Origin: Rebecca billardiae RCC1528
Taxonomy: Eukaryota; Protista; Haptophyta
Length of the DNA: 64,000 bases
Assembly: GCA_965240325.2 (NCBI GenBank)
Contig: OZ251236.1
Location: 1,893,249-1,957,248, forward strand
Direction: 5' to 3'
Below are positions 21,213 through 34,039 of the stretch, one piece after another. Numbering within the stretch: position 1 is the stretch's first letter; each line of letters opens with the position of its first letter. Position numbers and translations under genes: made by a program. The notes under the pieces are model-generated. The model did not search any database and was not told the origin of the DNA. It saw nothing but the letters and a program-made list of their open reading frames with translations.

Positions 21213-21966
21213 CTGGTGGCGCGCGCCGTGCAGGTAGGAGAGCCCGCGCAGCACCTGCGCGCACACGGCGCTCACCACAAGCTCGGGCAGCGCGCCGGCG
21301 GGGGCGGCGGCGGCGGGCGCGGATGCCGGCGCGCCGGCCGCCGCCGCCCCGTCCGGCGGTGCGTGCTGCCCGCTCGGCCTCGCCCTCGCGGCCGCGTAGA
21401 GCGCCTCGACGGACGCGCGCATCAGCTGCAGCGCGAGGTGCAGCACGCCGTCCGAGTAGAAGGCGTCGAAGAACTTGACGAGGTGGTCGCACTCGCACGC
21501 GTACAGCACGCGCAGCTCGTTGATCGCCGCCGCGCGCGTCGCCTCGTCCGCCATCATGTTGAGGCCCTGCGCGCGCGGCGCGACGCGCGCGCGGCGCGGG
21601 GGACGTGAGCGCGCGCGCGCGCGCGCGCGCCCGCAGCGGGCGCGCGCGGCGCGCGCGCACCTTGAGGGCGAGCAGCTTGCCCGTCGGGCGATGCCTCGCC
21701 ACTTTCACCACGCTCGTCGCGCCCGAGCCCAGCGTGTGCAGCGGCTCGAGGTCTGCAAACGCCATCGCGGCATAGTCGGTGCGCGAGAGCGGCGCCGCGC
21801 TGATGCCGTTGAGCTTGATCGAGAAGCCGCCCTTGGAGAAGGTGCCCGTCTCCGAGAGGCTGAAGCCCTCGATCGCCGCGGAGCGCAGCGCCGGCGCCAC
21901 CTCCAGCTTCAGCGGTACGCCCACCCGCTTCGACTTGGTCGGCGGCTTCGCTCCCGCCGACGCCAT
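20388..21966 (-). CDS. MAP kinase kinase (MAP2K/STE7 family, plant group-A-like), 424 aa. Exons 21966-21661, 21566-21072, 20973-20756, 20643-20388
   Basis: Kinase motifs LGSGATSVV, LALK, HRDLKPANVL, DFG, SFVGTALYMA|PER and DVWAVG. The activation loop T-RGMAR-S fits S/T-x5-S/T. The N-terminus has a docking-like KSKRVGVPLKL and SETGTF. Three GT-AG introns (94, 98, 112 nt) restore the frame. Confidence 0.92.
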
Positions 21967-22070
21967 GCGGCCTCGGCCGCGGTGCACGGGGCCGCCCGCG
22001 CGCACTCTTTTTGCGACCGGACGGGGGTCGGGGGCGCCCACCCACCACCGGCGGAAGGGCACAACTCACG

Positions 22071-22283
22071 ATGGCGACGACGCCCGCGCTCGCGCTGGGC
22101 CTGGCGGTCGCGTGCGCCACGCTCGTGGGCGCGCGCGCGGCCACACCGACGTTTGGCGCGGGCGAGCCGCCGGCCGTGACGTCCAACGCCACCGCGCCGC
22201 CGCCGCCGTGCCCGCCGGGCGGGTGCCCGGCGGCGCGCGGCGCCGTGCCCGAGCGTGCCGAGCGCCGCGGCGGCGGCGGCGGC

Positions 22284-22314
<31 letters not shown>

Positions 22315-23600
22315 CGCGGGCGGCGCCCGGGACGAGCGAGGACGAGCTCGTGGCGTGCCTCGCGCGCGTGTCGCGCGCCGACTTCCGCTGGGCGCGCGCG
22401 CCGCTGAGCGAGGCGGAGCACCTGTGCCGCGCGAGCTTGATCGTGTGCGCGCTGCTGGGCGTGCGCGCGCTCACGTCGCTGCTGGCGCACACGCCCGACG
22501 CGCCGCGCGCGCTGGCGCTGCTCGGCGGCGGCGCGGTGAGTGCGCTGGCCGCGTGGAGCGCCGCGCTGCTCAGCGCGCAGTGGCTGCGCTGCGGGCTGGG
22601 CGCGTGCGCGTGGCTGTGCCTGGGGTGCGTGGGCGCGGGCACGGCGTGCGCGCTGCTGCTGTGCTGCCACCACGCGCACTACGCGCGCGAGCGCTGGCTG
22701 CCGCTCTCCGCGCTGCTGCAGCTGGCGGGCGCGCACGTCGCGCTGGCGCGCGTCGTGCGCGCCGAGCACGCGTGCGCGGACGCGCGCGGCGCCGTGCTGC
22801 TGCTGCGCGGGTGCGCGTGGCTGTGTGCGGGCAGCGGCGCTCTGCTGGCGCAGGCGTACGCACTGCTGCGGCAGGGCGCGCACAGGGCGGGGCCGCTGGG
22901 CTGGGGCGCGCCCATCGCGGCGTGGGGCGCGGGCTGGCTGGTGCAGGCCGAGCTGCTCGGCCGCGGGCTGCGCGCCGCCACGCACCCCGCGCGCCCCGCG
23001 CGCGCCGAGGGCGCGGCGGCGCTCGCGTGCGCGCCGTGCAGCGTGTGTGCGCGCGCGCTGGGCCTCGCGCTGCTCGGCTGCGCGCTCGGCCCGCGGCTCG
23101 GGCCGTGCGCGGCGGCGGCGGCGCTGCTCGCGCTCGGCGCGCTCGTGCCGCCGCTGCTGCGAGCGCCGCGCGGCGCCGGCGGCCCGAGCGCCGCGCGCGA
23201 CCGCTGGGCCGCCGCGCTCGCGCACGCGCTGCTGCGCGCGGGGTGCCCCGTGCTGCTCGGGCTGAGCGAGCACCCGGCCACCGGACACGCGCCGAGCGCG
23301 GCCAAGGAGGCGCGCGTGCAGCTCGCGCTCGGCGCGGCCGAGGCGGCGCTGGGCGCGGCGGCGCTGAGCGCGCCGTCGGCGTGGCGCGCCGCGCAGCCGG
23401 CGCGCGTGCTGCTCGGCGCCGCGCTCGTGCTCGGCGCGTGCACCGCCGGCCGGCTGTGGGCGGTCGCGGTGCTGCTGCGCGCCAAGCGGCGCTGGGAGGA
23501 GAGGGGCGGCGCCGACGCGCGCGCGCACCTCCAGCACCACGCGGTGCCGACGCCGCAGCCGCAGCGGCAGCACCCGCCGTCGCACCAGCTGCTCGTCTGA
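22071..23600 (+). CDS. Uncharacterised Ala/Leu/Cys-rich multi-pass membrane protein with signal peptide, 509 aa
   Basis: ATG 22071 (MATTPALALGLAVACATLVGARA) followed by many hydrophobic segments. No family motif was recognised. Confidence 0.6.
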
Positions 23601-24097
23601 CGCCGGGCGACGCGGCTGAGACGATGCGCAGCATCATCGATCGTCGGTGATGCGTTGATAGGAATATCAGAGACGCCGCGCGCCCGTTCGTCACGTGCAC
23701 GGCTGTGACACGCGCTGCGCGCATCGCCATCATGTCGCGTCATCATCATCTTCGTCATCGTCATCATTATTGATGCTGTCGTCATCATCATCGCGTCGCG
23801 TCATCGATCAGTATAGTTATTGACTGACGACCGGCGATGTCACTTCCGATGTGATCACGACGGATGTGACGGTGACGCGATATAATTAATTAATTAACTA
23901 ATTAATATATATATATATGTACCCGCCGCCGTATCCGTTCAGACCGCCGTGACCGGACTGATGCGCGTCGTCATGACGTCCTCGGCATAGCGGCGCTTCG
24001 CGCACGCGATCGTACGATGAGTTGTCGTCGTCGACGTGAGCAGTCGTCCGTCATCGCGTCCGTCATCGGTCGCGTTGCCGTGCTAGTGCTGGTCGCG

Positions 24098-25453
<1,356 letters not shown>

Positions 25454-25664
25454 CGCGGCGCGAGGAATTCGAACGGCGCAGCAGCGAGTGTTGATCTGCG
25501 CGTCCGGCGCGCGGCTGGAGCGCCCGGACTTGTGCGACGGGTGGCGCCCCGGTGCGCCCTCGCGAGGAGGCGGCGCTCCACTGCGCGGCAGGTCTGCAGC
25601 GAGCGGGAGCAGCGGCAACCGACTCGACGCGCGGGGGCGCAAACCCGTTGAGCAGCAGCGCGCG

Positions 25665-25976
25665 ATGGCGGACGAGCAGCCGGCAGGGGGCGACGTGGAC
25701 ATGGGGATGGCGGCGCCCGCGGCCGATCCGGCCGCCGCCGCCGACGACGCGCAGGGAGCAGGCGGCGACGCGGGCGGCGGCAGCGCCAAGCCGCAGACGG
25801 CGGTGCAGCAGCTCCCCATCCGCGCGTACCTCGACCAGACGGTGGTGCCGCCGCTGCTCACCGCGCTCTCCGCGCTGGTGAAGGAGCGCCCGCCCAACCC
25901 GGTCGAATGGCTCGCCACCTACCTCCTCCAGAACAACGACAAGCAGCCGGCGCCGAGCGCTCCGACAGCAGAGTGA
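25665..25976 (+). CDS. DPY30: Dpy-30 (COMPASS H3K4 methyltransferase subunit) homologue, 103 aa
   Basis: [42 protein letters not shown] is the canonical Dpy-30 motif. Confidence 0.93.
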   Translation: MADEQPAGGDVDMGMAAPAADPAAAADDAQGAGGDAGGGSAKPQTAVQQLPIRAYLDQTVVPPLLTALSALVKERPPNPVEWLATYLLQNNDKQPAPSAPTAE

Positions 25977-27014
25977 GCCGGAGCGCCAGGCCGCGCCGCA
26001 CCGCGCCCGCGCGGGGCGGGGCGGCCGGCGGGGCGGCCGGCGCGGGCGGCTGCGCCGGCCTCGCGTGGCGTCTTCGCGCCGGCGGCCGCGCGCGCCGCGC
26101 GCCCGCCCGTCCGCCGGCCGCGCCGCGCAGGGCGCAGGGGCGAGACGCGGCGCGCGTGCGCGCACCGGCGCCGCACGCTCTCGGCGGGCGGGCGGGCGGT
26201 GCAGCGGGGCGCGCGGCCGGATCGCGGGGCCGGCCGGCCACCTCGCTGGGCCCGGCGCTGTGCGCGGAGCCGCGCGGCCCGTGCGCACACAGCCGCAGCG
26301 GCGCCCGGCCGGTCAGGCCTGGCTGTGGGGTTCAATCAGCCAGGCGTGAGGCGCGCGGGTGCCTGCCGCGCAGCCGGGGGGGGCATTGCTCGCTCGGATC
26401 AGCGCGAAGCTGCAGTCGTCGTGGCTGCAGGCGAAGGCAGCCGCGGTCTGTCTGTCTGGCCGTCGGTCGCGGCGGCCTGCGGCTGGGCCGCGCACGGCGC
26501 GCGTGCCTAGTCCACGCAGGCCGTGGTCGCGGGGCACTCATCAGTCATCACGCGACGGGCCGCTGCCACGCGCCGCCGCTGCTGCGGCTGTCACCGCAGT
26601 TACTCGGGCAGTTCCGTGTGAGTGTCACTCACCGCGGCGCGGCGCCGGAGGCTTCCGCCGCTGCCTGAGTCAATAATCTATCGTCTTCCGTACTAGATAC
26701 ACGCATATTAATATTATGTATACAGCTCGCATATGGCCATCGCATCACAGGCCATCACTCATCATCATCACTCAGAGGTGCTGACGCGGTGCTGAATCTG
26801 AAGCTCCGACGACGCCGACGCCGTCTCAACTCATCGTCGCGCATCATCGACCCATCGTCGGTCTCGTCGTCGGAGAGTCACGCCAGTCGTCGGAAGTCGC
26901 TGATCTGCCGCGCGTATGGTCCGCCTCGCCATTCTCGGGCGAGTGCGCATACGCCGACATGCCGAGCTCGGACACGCCCACGCTGCGCCGGGATGGCGGA
27001 CGGCCCCCTCTCTC

Positions 27015-28802
27015 TCAGATGAAGATGTTCTTGCCCGCCGCGTGCACCATGGGCGTGATGGCGCGCTTGAGCGCCGGCGGCGGCTTGGCGGCCGGGCTGC
27101 GCGCCTCGGTCTTGCGCTCGCGGCCGCGGCGGCCCATCGTCGCCATCCGGGTGAGGGCACGTCCCGCGCGCCCTGCGGCGTGATGGCGAAGCAGCAGCGC
27201 AGCCGGGCGGAGGGCGCCGAGGATGAGCAGGCGAGGCCGGGCCGGCGGGCGAGGCGGAGGAGCGCGCGCGCGCATGGACGCGCGCGCCCGCCGCCGCGTG
27301 CTATCGGCCCACCGCCCGGCTGACGCTGCGGCCGAGTGCGCGCAACGCACCCGGTGGGGAGGCCGAGCGGGCGCGCGGCTGGCGCTCGGGCGGCGGCGTG
27401 GGCAGCTCGCTCCACAGCTGCCGGTCCACCTCCGGCTCCTCCTCGTGCGGCGACGCGGAGAAGGAGACGCGCGAGCCCGCAGAGCGCGCGCGCGGCTCGA
27501 TGCTGCCCATGCGGCCGCGGCCGCGCGCGGGGGAGGGCGTGGCGGGCGAGGAGGGCGCGAAGACGGGCCACCAGCTCGAGCCGCCGCCGCCGCCCTGGCT
27601 GCCGGGGCTCGGCTCCGCGCCGCGCGCCTGCCGCCGCTCGCGCGAGGGCGAGCGCGTGTTCGTGCTGCCGAGCACCGCCAGCCCGAGCGCGCGGTCGGGC
27701 GGCGCGGAGAGCAGGTCGCCGTCTCTGGCGACCGGCGGCAGCCCCTGCTGCGGGCCCTGCCAGAAGGCCATCATCTCGAGCGAGACGGCGGAGGGCGCGG
27801 GGGCGGTCTGCACCTTGCCGCCCGCGCGCACGTCCTGCGTGTCGTTGAGCACGGCGAGCTTCGACTGGTTCGCGAGCCGCTTGGCCCTGCGCTCGGCCGC
27901 CATCTGCTTCATCTGCGTCGTCTGGCGCGCGAGGCCGGGCGCAGAGCACGCGCGCGAGCACGAGCGGTCCATCGCGGACGTGGAGCCGCGGCGCGCGGCG
28001 AACTCGCCCTGCGGCGGGAGCTCGCCCCTCGCGACGGCCATGTCCGTCTCGAACCTGCCCGTGACGATGGCGTCCCTGTGTATCGAGAAGTCGCCCATGA
28101 GCTTGTCCGAGTCCTTGCGGATCTTGTTCATGATGAAGAGCACAAACGAGGTGCAGATCACGCCCGAGATCAGGTGGAAGGCGAGGAACGACTGGGCGGC
28201 GCGGGGGGGCAGCGACGGGGGCGCACGGGTGAGGCCGACGACGACGACGCGCGCGCGCGCCCTCGCCCCCTGTGCCCTGTGTTGTGTGCGCTGCTGCGTG
28301 CGCGCACGTTGGCGCAGACGGAGACGTTGAAGAGCGTGAGCGCAGAGCGGAACGTGCCGACCACCTCGCGGTTCACGCGCGCGAGGCCGATGACGGCGCG
28401 GTCCATCGAGCCCTCGGGCCCGCGCAGCGCGAGCCCGGGCCCGAGGATGCTCGTGATCAGGCAGATGTACAGCGTGTACAGCGTGCTGCCCATCGCGGAG
28501 ATGGTGGAGGTGAGGTAGATGAGCTCGAGCACCACCTGGAAGATCTCAGACACCGAGAGCTCGGAGAGGTCGCCCACGCCGATCACGAGGAAGACGACGC
28601 CGGGGTTGGCGGCGTAGATGCTCTTGAGCACCGCGCTCGACTTGTGCGTCGCGAGGATGGTGAACGCGAAGCCCGCGAGCAGCGCCGCCTGCCGGCCGAC
28701 GTTGTTCACGTTGTTCGTGTAGTAGTTGAGCTCGCGCTCGCGCACGCTGATGATGCGCCGGGTGGTGAAGGCGTGCAGGTCGCGCTTCGAGGCGAAGAGC
28801 AT
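27015..28802 (-). CDS. Orai-like four-TM membrane protein, ~497 aa. Exons 28802-28308, 28191-27351, 27172-27015
   Basis: TM1 QAALLAGFAFTIL resembles Orai SALLSGFAMVAM. It is preceded by the helix RERELNYY and followed by LGPGLALRGPEGSMDRAV and further TM segments. Two GT-AG introns (116, 178 nt) give an open frame. If the last intron is not used, the protein stops at 27301. Confidence 0.7.
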
Positions 28803-29168
28803 CGCGCCCGCCCGTCGCGCTCCGCCGCCCGCGCCGCGGGCGTGCGCTGCGGTGCCAGCTCAGCCCCGAAGCCGGCCGGATGCGGGGCGCCGCGCGCTGG
28901 ATGCCCACCGCCCAAAGCGAGATGAGAGATTGGGGCACGTCAAGGGGCGCGAGCCGGTGGGTGCCTTTCATCAGGCCGCGTACGTGTGTGGCGGGTAAAA
29001 AGCGCGAGGGTGCTCACTTTGCGGTTACAACAGCCTTTCTCCTCGCCTCGGAAAGCGGCACCTCGCCGTTACGGACGTTTCCCGCGGGTACGTACACTCC
29101 GGACGCCGCTGCTCATGAACAGCGACGTCCTCGCGAGGCCGCACGCTCGTTCGCTGGCCAACGAATGA

Positions 29169-30275
29169 ATAGTAAGGTTCGGGGGAGCTCCCGGACTGCA
29201 GTCTGAAAACGGACGTGACAACTTTTGTTGGCATGCTGTGGCCGCATGGCGGCCGGCCGCCCGCCGCCCACCGCCAACAAAAGTGCGTGCGCGTGCGTGG
29301 TGGACACGCACGTGTCGATGGTGTAGGCCTGGCAGGTCGGTACGTGCCATGGTCGATCTCCAGGCGCGTTTAAGCCCCCATCCCCGGCGCCTGAGGCACC
29401 ACACAGGCTGGCGATGACAGACGTCGTGCTCAGCACGGGTGGCTGTGCATGCGCCGGTACGGCGGGGTGGTGCACATGAAGAGAGAGCCTAGAAAGGGGT
29501 GCCCTGCGTTCCCGCAGACCTAGTCTCCACTGCCGTCGCCCGGCGCGTGGGTCGGGTGTCCCAGTATGCTTGGAAGCGTCCCAAATGTCTTTTCTTCCAC
29601 TATACCACGAGACACTTGCTTTTCAAACGAAATGTACGCAACTGCGCGTTTTGTATCGGGCAGATGGCAATGGTCCAGAGCCATGGCGCGCGCTGAAGTC
29701 CAGGGCGCAAATGGCCGTCAAGGCGCCGGTTGAGGTGTCGGGGTGACCACGCAGGACACACCAGACCTAACGGCCTCTCTCTCTGGAGACTTCCCGGCTG
29801 AACGCCTCGCTGAGGGTACACGCCCACGGCCTGTGTGTCGTACGGTGAGCATTCGTTGCCATCCACCAACAAAGAGCGCTTCATAGGCCACCCATTCTTA
29901 TGACACGCGCGCCGGGCGACGGCAGTGGAGACTAGGTCTGCGGGAACGCAGGGCACCCCTTTCTAGGCTCTCTCTTCATGTGCACCACCCCGCCGTACCG
30001 GCGCGTGCACAGCCACCCGTGCTGAGCACGACGTCTGTCATCGCCAGCCTGTGTGGTGCCTCAGGCGCCGGGGATGGGGGCTTAAACGCGCCTGGAGATC
30101 GACCATGGCACGTACCGACCTGCCAGGCCTACACCATCGACACGTGCGTGTCCACCACGCACGCGCACGCACTTTTGTTGGCGGTGGGCGGCGGGCGGCC
30201 GGCCGCCATGCGGCCACAGCGTGCCAACAAAAGTTGACGGGGCAGCTCCCGGACTTGGCCCCCGAACCTTACTAT
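29169..30275. mobile_element. Foldback/MITE-like non-autonomous element: 329-bp inverted arms (29219-29547 / 29908-30236), 360-bp spacer, outer 17-bp TIR
   Basis: The arms are reverse complements with two differences seen. Outer TIR ATAGTAAGGTTCGGGGG (29169-29185) pairs with CCCCCGAACCTTACTAT (30259-30275). No transposase is present and the TSD is not unambiguous. Confidence 0.85.
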
Positions 30276-30301
30276 AACGATGCGTCGATGGGCGGCCGCC
30301 G

Positions 30302-32727
30302 TCAGTCTGCGGCGGCCGTCGCGGGCACGCGCGTGTACGCGGCGGGCGAGGCGGCGGAGGCGGAGGGCCCCGCGGCGCTGGACGGCCGGCGCGAGCCCAC
30401 CGCCTTGCCCCACGCCGCCTCTTGCTCGGGCTCGCGCGCGCAGTAGCACACGAGCGCGAGCGCGGCGATCAGCCCGCCGACCGCCGCCGCCGACTTGCGC
30501 GCGTCCGCGGTCGACGCGTGCGGGATGGCGCGGCGCGTCGAGCGCAGCGTGTGCTCCGCGCCGCCCGCCGAGTAGTTCTTCATGCTCGCCTCGTCCACGG
30601 GCGGGCGCAGCACGAGGATCAGCGCGGAGAGCGGCGGCAGCGACACGTTGAGCGACATGGCTCGGCGCGAGCGCCGGTCGGCCTCGGACGTGGAGACGGT
30701 GACGACGCGCTCGCGCTTGCCCGCCAGCACCGTCGCACCCGCGCCGTCCGAGCGGTACAGGTCGGTCGACACCTGCGCCGCCGCCGCCGCGCGGGGCGCC
30801 GCGCTCAGCCGCGCGGAGGCGCGCGCGCGCGGCGGTGTGTGGGTGCGGGGCTGGGTGCGCGGCGCGCGCGCACCAGCCGCGCGTGCGCGAGCGCGGCGGT
30901 GAGGCCGAGCGGCGCGTGCGCGAGCGCGTGCGTGTTCACCGCCGCGATGATGAGCACGGAGCGGTCGGCCGAGGTGAACGCGCCCACCACGAGCTCCGAG
31001 TCCTTCCACTCGCGCTGCAGCGCCACCGCGTTGGGCGGCAGCACGCTCCACAGCCGCAGCAGCGGCGCCGCCCACGCCTTGGCGCCGTCCAGCCTGCGCG
31101 CACGGCGGCGCGGAGGCGCGCGGAGGGCGGAGGGCGGAGGGCGGCCGCGCGCGCGTGGGCGGCCGCGCGCGCACCGCGCGGCGCCGGCGCGCGCGCACCG
31201 GTCGTGCAGCCCGAGGCAGCCGAGCTCTGGCTGCCTGTCCGCGAGGGAGGCGTACAGCGCGCTGTCCACGCCCGCGTTCACCGTGAGCAGCTGCACCGCC
31301 AGCAGCCGGATGCCGTACGCGTGCCTGTTGCGCACCGCCTCGGAGAAGGTGGCGCTGCCCGACACGTTGGCGTAGCACGAGCCCTGCATCGTGTGCCCGC
31401 CCGCGGTGCGCACGCCAAACTTGGCGCCCAGCACGGGGCGCGGGTTGCTCAGGTCGAGCGCGCGCAGCCGCTGCACGGTCGGACTGACGAGCGCGTCGAG
31501 CGCCTCGAGCGAGGAGAGCGCGGTCGGCTTGAGCGTGTCCCACACGTAGAAGGACCAGGCGCCGAGCGCGTCGAGCGCGTCCTCGTCAAAGCTGTCCACG
31601 TACCGCCCCACGAACGGGGCGCCCACGCCCGGCCCGGCGATGCCCACGTCCAGCTCGCGCGCGTCGAGCTCGCGGCGCACGACGGTGAGCAGGTGCGTGT
31701 ACTGCGCGGGCGAGAGCGCCACGCGCTCGTCCAGCCGCGCCGCCACCTCCATCCACGCCAGCCGCACGCCGCGCGCGTGCACGTACGCCACGGACGCGGC
31801 GAGCAGACGCGCCCTGCGGCCGGAGGGGGCGGCACAGAGCGGCGCGCGGGGCGGGGGCGGCGCGCGCGCGCGGCGCGGCTCGGCGCAGACGCGGCGGCGC
31901 GGGCGCGTCGCGCGGCGCAGCGGTGGCGGCGGCGGGCGGCGGCGGCGCGCGCACCAGTCGTGCGTGCGCCGCGTGTTGAAGCGCTCGTCGTCGTCGATGA
32001 GCGCCGCGGACGCCCTGTCGTTGCTCAGCCCGCGCGGCAGCTGCGTGCACGTGCCCAGCAGACGCACGCCCAGCGACGCGCGCAGCTCGGTCGCGCCGTC
32101 GACGATGGCGGCGCGGCCGCGCTCCTCGAAGGCGCGCGCGACAAGCGCGTCGAGCGCCGACGCGTTGAGCCCGTACGGCAGCTCGCGCACGTGCGGGCAC
32201 ACGTGCCAGCGCAGCAGCGCCATCGAGAAGACGAGCGGCTCGAGCAGCGCGCGGTAACGCTCCACGGCACCCGCGTCGTGCGTGAGCAGGCCGGTGCCCA
32301 GCCGGAGCGGGCGGCCCGGCCCGCCGGCGTCGACGCTAATGCGCGTCTGCGCCGCGCCCTGCGCGCCGAGCCCGTGCGCGCCCGTCGCCACCGGCCGGTG
32401 CGCGCCGGCCGGCGCAGCGCGCGGCTCGCCGCGGCCGCCGCGGCCGCGCGCGGCCGCGCTGGAGCCGTGCGACGGGTGGGGCGGGTGCGCGCCGCGCGCC
32501 GGGTGCGAGGACGACCACGTGCGTCCCGACGGGTGCGCCGGCGGGCGCTTGCCCGCCGCCGCCGCCGCCCCCGCCTGGTGGCGACCGCTGCCGCCGCCGC
32601 CGCCGCCGCCGCCGTCGCGCCGTGCGGGGGCGCGCGCGCTGCCGCCGCCGCCGCCGCTGGGGTGGCGCTCGGCGGCGGAGGTGAGCGCGATCAGGGCGAT
32701 CACGACGAGCTCGCGCGAGCGCGCCAT
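30302..32727 (-). CDS. Type-I membrane glycoside hydrolase clan-A (GH39/GH30-like) protein, probably non-catalytic, 692 aa. Exons 32727-31955, 31813-31199, 31093-30874, 30772-30302
   Basis: Signal peptide MARSRELVVIALIALTSA. TIM-barrel-like strings (LLRWH, DWARLLAASV, WMEVAARLD, VGIAGPG, LGAWSFYVW, PVLGAKFG). Beta-sandwich tail (VLIIAAVN...LNVSLPPLSALILVL). C-terminal TM AAAVGGLIAALALVCYC. Three GT-AG introns (141, 105, 101 nt). Confidence 0.7.
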
Positions 32728-32845
32728 CGCGCCGCGCGCGCCGGCCCGCCGCGCGCGCCGCGTGCTGCGGCGGACGCTCGTCGCGGGGACGAGAGCCACG
32801 CGCGATGCCGCCCGCTCCGGGCTGGTGGAGGAACTGGGAAGGGCG

Positions 32846-33574
32846 ATGGCGCCGCCGCAGACGTTCCCGGTGACGCTCAACCTGTACGACGTGACGCGCG
32901 GGCAGGCGGTGCGCGCGGTGAACGACCTGGGGCAGCAGGTGGGGCTGGGCGCGCTGCACGCGGGCGTGGAGGTGCACGGGCTCGAGCTCTCCTTCGCCGG
33001 CCACGAGTACGGCGGCTCCGGCATCATCTCGTACACGCCCAGGCAGATCGAGGCGCACGCCTTCCGCGAGGCGCTGCCGATGGGCGAGACGAAGCTCACG
33101 AAGAACCAGCTCGCCGAGCTGTTGCGCCGCCTCCAGCCCGCGTGGCCCGCCGACGGGTACGACCTGCTCCGGCGCAACTGCTGCACGTTTGCGGACGCGC
33201 TCTGCGTCGAGCTCGGCGTCGGCCACATCCCCGAGCGCGTCAACCGGCTGGCCGGCGTGGGCGCGACGCTCGTCGACGGCACGAGCGCCGCGCTCGAGCA
33301 GGGCATCGCGTGGAGCCGCGTCATCGCCTCCTCGGGCGAGCAGGCCATCCGGCAGCTCGACGCGCAGAGCGGCGTGGTCGGCGGGCTGCACGCGGGGCTG
33401 AGCAAGGGCCTCGCCACCGGGCTGCACCTCACCGCCAGCGGGCTCGCCGCCGCGTCCTCGTGGCTCGCCGCCGCCGGCGGCGGGGGCGGCGCCAAGGCCG
33501 CCGCGCCCGCCGCCGCGCCCGCCACCCCCCAGGCCGCCGCGCCGCCGCCCGCCGCGCCGCCGCGCCGCCGGTGA
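32846..33574 (+). CDS. PPPDE/DeSI-family deSUMOylating/deubiquitinating peptidase (C97), 242 aa
   Basis: VTLNLYDV, GALHAGVEVHGLELSF (catalytic His) and YDLLRRNCCTFADALC (catalytic Cys). Confidence 0.92.
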   Translation: MAPPQTFPVTLNLYDVTRGQAVRAVNDLGQQVGLGALHAGVEVHGLELSFAGHEYGGSGIISYTPRQIEAHAFREALPMGETKLTKNQLAELLRRLQPAWPADGYDLLRRNCCTFADALCVELGVGHIPERVNRLAGVGATLVDGTSAALEQGIAWSRVIASSGEQAIRQLDAQSGVVGGLHAGLSKGLATGLHLTASGLAAASSWLAAAGGGGGAKAAAPAAAPATPQAAAPPPAAPPRRR

Positions 33575-34039
33575 AGCGCGCGCCGCTGACTGCTCCGCTC
33601 GCTCGCGGTCCTGGGACCTGAGTCCTGGGCGGCTGCGCCGTCTCAGCAGCGGCACGGCGGTACGGCGGGCGGATGGCATCGGAGGCTCGGGCTGCGCCGC
33701 ACGCGCGCGGCCGCCGCGCGCGCCCCGACCGTTATCGTCAGCAGCTAGAGTAGCAGTAGCATCCGAGCATCAGTGCCGGCCCGGCAGGCGGCTCCGCGCA
33801 GTCCCCGGCGCACTCCCACTCCCAGTGGCGGCGTTGCACGCGTACGCGCGCGGTGTGGCAGTGACACTGACACCAACAGGTGCCCAGCGCGCTGTGAGCA
33901 GGCGCCTGATATGATTCTGACGGCGGCGGCGCTTCATATCGTCGTCGTCATATCATGTCGTCGGCGCGCGTCAGAATAATAACGACGTGTATACGACTGC
34001 TGCTACTACTACAGCATCACCGCCATCACCGCTCACGAA

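Noticed and set aside
29069-30446. Paired identical short ORFs on opposite strands
   Set aside because: A by-product of the inverted arms of the foldback element, with no transposase similarity.
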